Below are positions 8,049 to 13,641 of a stretch of DNA of 13,641 nucleotides, one piece after another. The notes under the pieces are model-generated. The model was not told where the DNA came from and did no database searches. It saw only the letters and a program-made list of their open reading frames with translations. A program made the translations under genes and the position numbers. The stretch comes from a bacterium. GTDB taxonomy: Bacteria; Babelota; Babeliae; Babelales; JAUWHS01. The first letter of the stretch is position 1, and the number at the start of each line of letters is the position of its first letter. The stretch spans positions 1 through 13,641 of the forward strand of contig JBDRFY010000021.1 in NCBI GenBank assembly GCA_043818275.1. Direction: 5' to 3'.

Positions 8049-10055
8049 TTAAGCTGCATTTAAAATATTATAAGCTTCACTTAAAATCTCATCTTCAAAA
8101 CCAGACTCTTGTAATAAATCAAGAGCGATAGCCTGATCTGTTACACCATCTTCCCATTTATATGGATACAAAATTTTACCATTTTCATCTTTATTAACAA
8201 AAACTTTATAATTTTTAAAAATTCCATCTGTATCTTGTTCAAGTCTGCTTAATTGTTCAACAAAATGTGTCGCATTTACAGATAAAAGATTAGTAAATCG
8301 TGAAAGACGTTTCAAAATACCATATGCTCCAGCAGCACCCTCTTTAGGATTTGTCCCCGTAAAGACCTCATCCATAATTATAAAACTAAATTCACTCGGT
8401 TTTAAATTTGCAATCATATTAATAAGCTTTTTGGCTCTATTCATTTCTGCCTGAAACAAGGACTCTTTGCCAATGGTATCTGTAACATTTAAATAAGTAT
8501 TAATAAGAGCAAATGGCGTTAATTTCATTTGAGAAGATGGTGCAATACCAAAAGATTGAGCCAAAATAAGATTTATTGTAATCGCTTTAAGAATAGTCGA
8601 TTTACCACCAGCATTTGGTCCTGTCAAAATAATATTTCTATTACCTAAACCAAGCGCAACATTATTTGTGACCACTTTTTTTGGATCCAATTCAGGGTGC
8701 CAAAAATTATTAATTTCAAAATATGGTTTATCAGACTCAAGATATTCAACAAAACAATATCTTGCATTTTCATTTGTCACATGTTTTTTATAAAGTTTTG
8801 CGATAGAAAGATAAGCATCAAGTTCACCAACAGCCTTTAATTGATCTATCAATAAATCTTTAATTTCATACATTTGTTTGTAAGAAGCTAAAATTCTTCC
8901 TTGAAAACTAAACACTGAAGGCTGGCCTTTAAATGTATTCTTATTTAATAAATTTAAAAACTTTTTAGCTTTTCTATCATTTTGATTAAGATGAGAAAGT
9001 TTTTTCATGATTGGGGTATAATTTTGCATTTTTTGAGCAATATCCTGAACGGCATTTTCCAACATTGCAACATCAATCATTTTTTGTTGAATATTTTTAG
9101 CGGTTATAATTTTATCTTCTATTTGATCCAATATGTTTGGAGCGCCGAATGCCTTTGAAATCACAGAACCAATAAGGAGAGCAAATAAATTAACTGCTAG
9201 ATATCCATACAATCCAACCAAGCTTACACCATTAATAAATTCAGCCTCATAAGCAACTATTCCTCCAGCAGCAATTACTCCAAACAATAAGGGTAAAATC
9301 AAACCCAAATTTAAAACATCATGACAATATTCCATTCCAAGAGAACTTTTATTCGCGCCTTGTAAAAATGATTTATTGAAATATAATTTCTCGAAATAAT
9401 TGTAAATTTCTTTTTCCAATGATTTAAAAAACCATGAGAACTCAGATTCTACCTTTTTAATCTTTTTTAAATATCCATCTAAATCATTAAATAATTTTGT
9501 ATCTAATATAAGCTTACGAATAATTTCTTGTCGCTGTTTTAAATCTGAAATATTTGTTGTTGGCTGATATAACATTTTTTGCAATTGAATCTTGCCAATC
9601 TTTGTCTGAGCATAATTTAATTTAGAAAAAAGATGATCTTGCAAAGATGATTTATCACCACAAAAAGCGTTAATATCACCTAGCGTATTTTCATTAAGAA
9701 CTTTTGTCATCACATTAGTTTTCGGATCCTTTTGTGATGCAAACATTTTGTACAAAAGCCGTAACGCTTCCACATTTCCAATACCTGCCAATTTAAAATC
9801 TTTACCATGTCCTTCTTTTAATTCTTTATTTAATTCATTGATTTTTTCAATTTCTTCGGACTCTCTCATTTCCTCTTTGACCAAAGAAGGTAAATATAAA
9901 TTCGCAAGTTCATTATAATGTTCAGCTTCGTATTTAATTACATCTTTTTTCGCCTTAGCAAGAGAAGGAGAAATCAAATTCAAACATAATAAAATTGAAA
10001 ATACCGTTACTATTTTTCGTTTATGATTTCTGACAAAAAACAATTTAAATTGCAT
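8049..10055 (-). CDS. MutS-related ATPase with signal peptide and internal hydrophobic segment; paralog 2
   Basis: Same motifs as paralog 1 (GPNAGGKST, ESLFQAEM, IIMDEVFTGTNP, ATHF) and collinear along its length (LYLP, FCGDKS, GKIxLQK, FWHPELD). Confidence 0.85.
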   Translation of the reverse strand: MQFKLFFVRNHKRKIVTVFSILLCLNLISPSLAKAKKDVIKYEAEHYNELANLYLPSLVKEEMRESEEIEKINELNKELKEGHGKDFKLAGIGNVEALRLLYKMFASQKDPKTNVMTKVLNENTLGDINAFCGDKSSLQDHLFSKLNYAQTKIGKIQLQKMLYQPTTNISDLKQRQEIIRKLILDTKLFNDLDGYLKKIKKVESEFSWFFKSLEKEIYNYFEKLYFNKSFLQGANKSSLGMEYCHDVLNLGLILPLLFGVIAAGGIVAYEAEFINGVSLVGLYGYLAVNLFALLIGSVISKAFGAPNILDQIEDKIITAKNIQQKMIDVAMLENAVQDIAQKMQNYTPIMKKLSHLNQNDRKAKKFLNLLNKNTFKGQPSVFSFQGRILASYKQMYEIKDLLIDQLKAVGELDAYLSIAKLYKKHVTNENARYCFVEYLESDKPYFEINNFWHPELDPKKVVTNNVALGLGNRNIILTGPNAGGKSTILKAITINLILAQSFGIAPSSQMKLTPFALINTYLNVTDTIGKESLFQAEMNRAKKLINMIANLKPSEFSFIIMDEVFTGTNPKEGAAGAYGILKRLSRFTNLLSVNATHFVEQLSRLEQDTDGIFKNYKVFVNKDENGKILYPYKWEDGVTDQAIALDLLQESGFEDEILSEAYNILNAA

Positions 10056-10080
10056 ATTGAACCCAAAACTTGTGTGTAAA

Positions 10081-10137
10081 ACATTAAAAAACCCTTAAAA
10101 GCCCGTCAAAAATAGCATTTTCATAATTTTAAGTCAA
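10081..10137 (-). promoter_or_regulatory. Tandem sigma70-like promoters upstream of MutS-like paralog 2
   Basis: Minus strand: TTGACT-N17-TATTTT with extended -10 TG (10137-10109) and TTGACG-N17-TAATGT (10109-10081). The AT-rich background raises the chance of a random match. Confidence 0.4.
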
Positions 10138-10223
10138 AAATAAATATATGGGCTGTTTTGCTTGCAAAATGAAGAATTTTTGGCAAACTTAAGAACATCT
10201 CAAAAGAATTCAAATTTCGGCCT

Positions 10224-10301
10224 GGGGCTGTAGCTCAGTTTGGTTAGAGCGTCCGCCTGTCACGCGGAAGGCCGCGAGTTCGAGTCTCGTCAGCCCCGCC
10301 A
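10224..10301 (+). tRNA. tRNA-Asp(GTC)
   Basis: Acceptor stem GGGGCTG/CAGCCCC, D-arm TAGCTCAGTTTGGTTAGAGC, anticodon arm TCCGC-CTGTCAC-GCGGA, T-loop TTCGAGT, encoded CCA end. Confidence 0.97.
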
Positions 10302-10338
10302 TACTACGCTCCTACGGAGCTTCGTATGGCTTCTCCAA
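10298..10338 (+). repeat. REP-like hairpin overlapping the tRNA 3' end (left arm of an inverted pair)
   Basis: GCCATAC/GTATGGC outer stem and GCTCC/GGAGC inner stem; CTACGC...GCTTCG core. Confidence 0.7.
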
Positions 10339-10380
10339 TTTCGCCAAAAAGGAAAAGATTGATAGAAATGTTAACTTAGC

Positions 10381-10452
10381 TTGGAGCGGAGTATGCCCTT
10401 CGAAGCTAGGATTATTCGAAGCTTTAGCTAAGAAGAATCTGCGTAGTAGGGC
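10381..10452 (-). repeat. Nested REP-like hairpin upstream of the GIY-YIG gene (right arm of the inverted pair)
   Basis: Reverse complement reads GCCCTACTACGC...AGCTTCGAAGGGC...CTCCAA, homologous to the left arm GCCATACTACGC...AGCTTCGTATGGC..CTCCAA. An inner copy ATTATTCGAAGCTTTAGCTAAGAAGAAT lies at 10411-10438. Confidence 0.7.
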
Positions 10453-10478
10453 TAATTGAATTTTCCCAGGAAACAATT

Positions 10479-10721
10479 ATGTTTTATGTATATCTACTTA
10501 AATCAATAAGAACTTCAAATAAAACTTATATTGGTTACACAACTAATCTTAAAGAACGAGTCAAAAAACATAACGAAGGAGGCTCCATTTACACCAAAAA
10601 TGATCATCCATGGGAATTAATAGCATATATAGCTCTTAATAGTGAAGCTAAAGCAAAATCAATGGAAAAATATTTAAAAGAAGGTTCAGGCCACGCCTTT
10701 GCTAAAAAACGTTTTTGGTAA
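10479..10721 (+). CDS. Small stand-alone GIY-YIG nuclease (SLX1/YhbQ-like)
   Basis: FYVYLL...YIGYT, catalytic Arg in LKERVKKHN, YTK..PW and conserved Glu in MEKYLK. Confidence 0.9.
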   Translation: MFYVYLLKSIRTSNKTYIGYTTNLKERVKKHNEGGSIYTKNDHPWELIAYIALNSEAKAKSMEKYLKEGSGHAFAKKRFW

Positions 10722-10754
10722 TTTTTGTTTTAAAAAAGATTTTATCAAAAATAA

Positions 10755-11162
10755 TTATTTTTTACTTTTGACTTTATAAACTTTTGGCTCAGCTCTAGAA
10801 ATTATATCTACACAATAATCTTGATCTCCGGCAATATAATGTTTTAAATCTGGATTTATCGCTAAAAGTATCCCCTCTGCTTCTTCATCTAATTTTTTTA
10901 AATATTCAGAATCTATTGCTTCAGTTACAAGGCCTCCTGTTAATTCTTCATCTACATGATGATCTAGACGACGCCCCTCATCAGAAACCCTATAATCCAT
11001 AACTGCCCCCCCAAAATCAAAAACAATATCATATTTATCGTCTTTATTGTTATGAAATACTATTTTAAATCCATTTTTATCTGTTAGAATCTGTGATATA
11101 AAATATTCAAAACTCTGCGGTTGCCCCAGTTTATCGGGAAGTTTAAAATCTACATATTTCAT
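10755..11162 (-). CDS. Probable immunity protein cognate to the upstream toxin
   Basis: ATGA overlap with the toxin stop. Acidic 135 aa. The YRVSDEG..RL, SEYL and HY...VDIIS..EP pattern resembles, from memory, CdiI-type immunity proteins. Confidence 0.7.
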   Translation of the reverse strand: MKYVDFKLPDKLGQPQSFEYFISQILTDKNGFKIVFHNNKDDKYDIVFDFGGAVMDYRVSDEGRRLDHHVDEELTGGLVTEAIDSEYLKKLDEEAEGILLAINPDLKHYIAGDQDYCVDIISRAEPKVYKVKSKK

Positions 11163-12103
11163 TTAACGTTATACCTTATTTTAATGTAATCATGTTTTCC
11201 TAACTGTATTTCTATCGTTGGCTTATTACCTGACTTTTTACTACTAAAACCTCTTCTTATTATAGGCTCGCCATTTTTAGTTTTACTAATTTGAATTGGA
11301 CCATTTTTTGTATTTTTATATTCAACATCATTTCCATCCCTAAGTTTATCAAAATCTTCTTGAGACTGGCTTTCTCCAGCATCCTTTTCCCAAACATCTG
11401 CTTCCCCTCCAGCGCCTCGATCAGGTGGTTCTTTCGCATCTATTAATACATCATCCAATCCATCGGTAGTTCGTCTTTTATTTTTACTTTTTTTCTTCTT
11501 GCTAAAATGATGATCTATTGCTTTAACTGTTGCAACCGTTGCCACCACAAATGTAGCTTCAACAACCTTTTCTAAAATTGGATACAATAATATTGAAAGT
11601 TCTATTGCAAAATTATGAACTAAAACATTAGTTCCATTTTCTGATTTAATTAAAAAAAGATTTCCGTCTTCAATTGAAATTTCATACAAATCTATTGGAT
11701 CAGGTAAATCATCAATTTCAACTAGTCTTATTTCCAGGTTGCCTTTTTCCGGAGAAAATAACTTATCCCCCGCTTTTAATTCTTCAGCAGGAATGAACTT
11801 TTTAATCCGTCGATTATAAACTTTCTGTTTCAGGCCAAAAGCAAATAATTCCGAATCTGTTTCTACCAATACAATCTTTTTGATTCTTTTTTTATTTATC
11901 TCTTCGATCTTACATGATTTTTCTATTTTTTTTCTTGGAATGTTATAAACAAGTAATTGATCTCCAACTTTTAACTCGTCAACTCGCTTATAAACCCCTT
12001 CGTCAACAAGAACTCGTGTATCTGGAAGTAAGCCTGAAAATAAATTGTTTGTGATTAAACAGAGAAAAAGAACAAATAAAATCTTTTTTGATTTATTCAA
12101 CAC
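11159..12103 (-). CDS. Polymorphic toxin: signal peptide, Hint domain, hydrophobic linker and C-terminal putative RNase (CdiA-CT-like) domain
   Basis: GTG start with AGGAG RBS. Hint domain GLLPDTRV..RVDELKVGD..AEELKAGD..LYEISIE..VLVHN (aa 24-164). C-terminus EDFDKL..RGFSS..KPTIEIQ..KIRY. Confidence 0.8.
   Translation of the reverse strand: MLNKSKKILFVLFLCLITNNLFSGLLPDTRVLVDEGVYKRVDELKVGDQLLVYNIPRKKIEKSCKIEEINKKRIKKIVLVETDSELFAFGLKQKVYNRRIKKFIPAEELKAGDKLFSPEKGNLEIRLVEIDDLPDPIDLYEISIEDGNLFLIKSENGTNVLVHNFAIELSILLYPILEKVVEATFVVATVATVKAIDHHFSKKKKSKNKRRTTDGLDDVLIDAKEPPDRGAGGEADVWEKDAGESQSQEDFDKLRDGNDVEYKNTKNGPIQISKTKNGEPIIRRGFSSKKSGNKPTIEIQLGKHDYIKIRYNVK
11612..12034 (-). other. Hint (intein-like) autoprocessing domain within the toxin
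   Basis: Block A-like start with Gly in place of Cys1; terminal His-Asn at 11617-11612, followed by Phe. Confidence 0.8.
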
Positions 12104-13231
12104 TTATCTCTCCTTATTCCCAACAATAAATAAATGTGCGACATTCCCATTTTCATTTTTAATTGGATTGCCATTTGTATCAAAAAGCTTTTCATCAAAA
12201 AACAAATCATTAGAAAAATTTTCTAAAAGATTATCTTTTTTTTCATTGAAGTCTTTTTCATTAACAAAACCTATTTCTGCAAAGCTAATGTTTAAACTAT
12301 TTAATTGCTTCATTATTTTTGATAAATAATCCACCTTAAAAACCGTAACTTTTCCTTGTTGAGTAAGAGTTGGAATTGGGTTTTCATCGTATAAGCCCAA
12401 TAAAGTATAAAGATTAACAACCTCGGGATTTCTTTCTATATAATTAAATAATTTTTCGCTTAAAAAATCTGAATATTTAAAAAACAAAACAAGAATCCAA
12501 AAAACAAATAAACCGTCCAAAGCTCCAATTTTTGCTCCGCGAGAAAAACCTTTTGCGACAAGTCCCGGAGATAAAACATCTCTCATAAAACCTTTAAAAG
12601 AAATATTTATTGCTCCGATAGTTCCGAAAAATAACGCTCCTAACGTTGCAACTAATAAACTATCAAGCGAAAACAAACATTTAATTAAAGATTTATCAAA
12701 AGGAAGACCTGATAAATTAGAAAGAAAGAAAATATAATTTCCATCTTTAAAAAAAGAATCTAGATTCATCTTAGTATTTAATTTTACTGGTATAATATTT
12801 TTCACCGTTAACTCAATATGTTTATCAATAGAAATCACATCTTCACACTTTAAATCTTTTGCTTTTTTCCAAATCAAAGGTAATTCATTATTTAAATTTT
12901 CTAAATTGATATATCGAAAACTTGAAGATAATTCTGATTTTATGTTTTTTAAAACTTGATAATCATAAAATAGCTGCTCTTCTCCAGCTAAAATCATAAA
13001 AGTCGATTTTTTATTCGTTTCAAATTCAATTAAATAGAAACTATTTTCATTATTTTGAACTTTAAAACCAAGAACATAATTACTAGATTTATTATTAAAA
13101 TTTTTATTTGATTTATAATCCAGGTAATTAATTTTTGATTTAGTTTTTGAGTTTGTAAAACAATTTACTAGTAAGAAATTTACATTAAAAAACAATAACA
13201 ATATTGATAGGCGCTTAAAAAAATTAATCAT
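12104..13231 (-). CDS. Signal-peptide membrane protein with a possible degenerate Hint-like segment and Gly-zipper TM helices
   Basis: Hydrophobic N-terminus; EEQLFYD...WKKAKDLKCEDVI resembles the Hint core; ATLGALFFGTIG and GAKIGALDG helices. The stop codon abuts the toxin GTG start. Confidence 0.6.
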   Translation of the reverse strand: MINFFKRLSILLLFFNVNFLLVNCFTNSKTKSKINYLDYKSNKNFNNKSSNYVLGFKVQNNENSFYLIEFETNKKSTFMILAGEEQLFYDYQVLKNIKSELSSSFRYINLENLNNELPLIWKKAKDLKCEDVISIDKHIELTVKNIIPVKLNTKMNLDSFFKDGNYIFFLSNLSGLPFDKSLIKCLFSLDSLLVATLGALFFGTIGAINISFKGFMRDVLSPGLVAKGFSRGAKIGALDGLFVFWILVLFFKYSDFLSEKLFNYIERNPEVVNLYTLLGLYDENPIPTLTQQGKVTVFKVDYLSKIMKQLNSLNISFAEIGFVNEKDFNEKKDNLLENFSNDLFFDEKLFDTNGNPIKNENGNVAHLFIVGNKER

Positions 13232-13641
13232 TTTTTTTTACCTTAATAAAAATTTTTACAACTCCACCATTTTGATCCCTAATTGGCTGTCCCGATTCAT
13301 TTAAAAGTATTCCTTCTACCAATTTATATTCATCATCTTCTTCTAAATCTATTTCTTCAAAATCAATATCTTCATTTTTTCTCCGTGCTGTTTCATCCGC
13401 AAAATAACTTGTGGCAGAATCAAATGCCTGATAAGAACCATTTACAGTTTCTTTAGTAAATGCATAAACAAAAATTGCCACGCTCCCATTTTCTGAAACA
13501 ACTTTAATTGCATTTTTTATTTCTTCAAAATGCTCTCCTGTAAAAACAGCTATTTTTTCTAACAAAACACCAATATTTTCTACAATTACTGGAATATATT
13601 CTGCGCCTGCAATAATTCCATAATATATAACAGCTACTGTC
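13224..13641 (-). CDS. Hypothetical protein, 5'-partial (frame stays open to the window end)
   Basis: Upstream of the track's TTG start the frame reads TVAVIYYGIIAGAEYIPVIVENIGVL without a stop. Acidic C-terminus; overlaps the next gene start by 8 nt. Confidence 0.7.
   Translation of the reverse strand, partial: TVAVIYYGIIAGAEYIPVIVENIGVLLEKIAVFTGEHFEEIKNAIKVVSENGSVAIFVYAFTKETVNGSYQAFDSATSYFADETARRKNEDIDFEEIDLEEDDEYKLVEGILLNESGQPIRDQNGGVVKIFIKVKKND

Noticed and set aside
5819..10055. Calling these genes canonical mutS or mutS2
   Set aside because: No mismatch-binding N-terminal domain or Smr domain is recognisable, and signal/TM segments are present.
10162..10189. Possible tRNA promoter TTGCAA-N16-CAAACT
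   Set aside because: Plausible, but the match is too weak in AT-rich DNA to call.
12045..12329. 94-aa plus-strand ORF
   Set aside because: Antisense across two coupled minus-strand genes.

Overview
AT-rich bacterial window. The gene style suggests a Dependentiae/Babeliae (TM6)-like host-associated bacterium (signal-peptide MutS-like ATPase paralogs, signal peptide plus Hint-domain toxins); this is inference. Left to right: a >409-aa minus-strand secreted protein missed by the ORF track, with cholera-toxin-like R-STS-ExE ADP-ribosyltransferase motifs; an MBL-fold hydrolase; a small membrane protein; an L-asparaginase; an ArnT/PMT-type glycosyltransferase; two tandem MutS-like ATPases; tRNA-Asp(GTC); a small GIY-YIG nuclease; and a convergent polymorphic toxin/immunity operon. 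The most unusual signal is a family of GC-rich, nested palindromic repeats. They are inserted at four positions in the glycosyltransferase without breaking its frame, and a related inverted pair sits between the tRNA 3' end and the GIY-YIG gene. This suggests a REP/RAYT-like repeat system possibly linked to the GIY-YIG nuclease.
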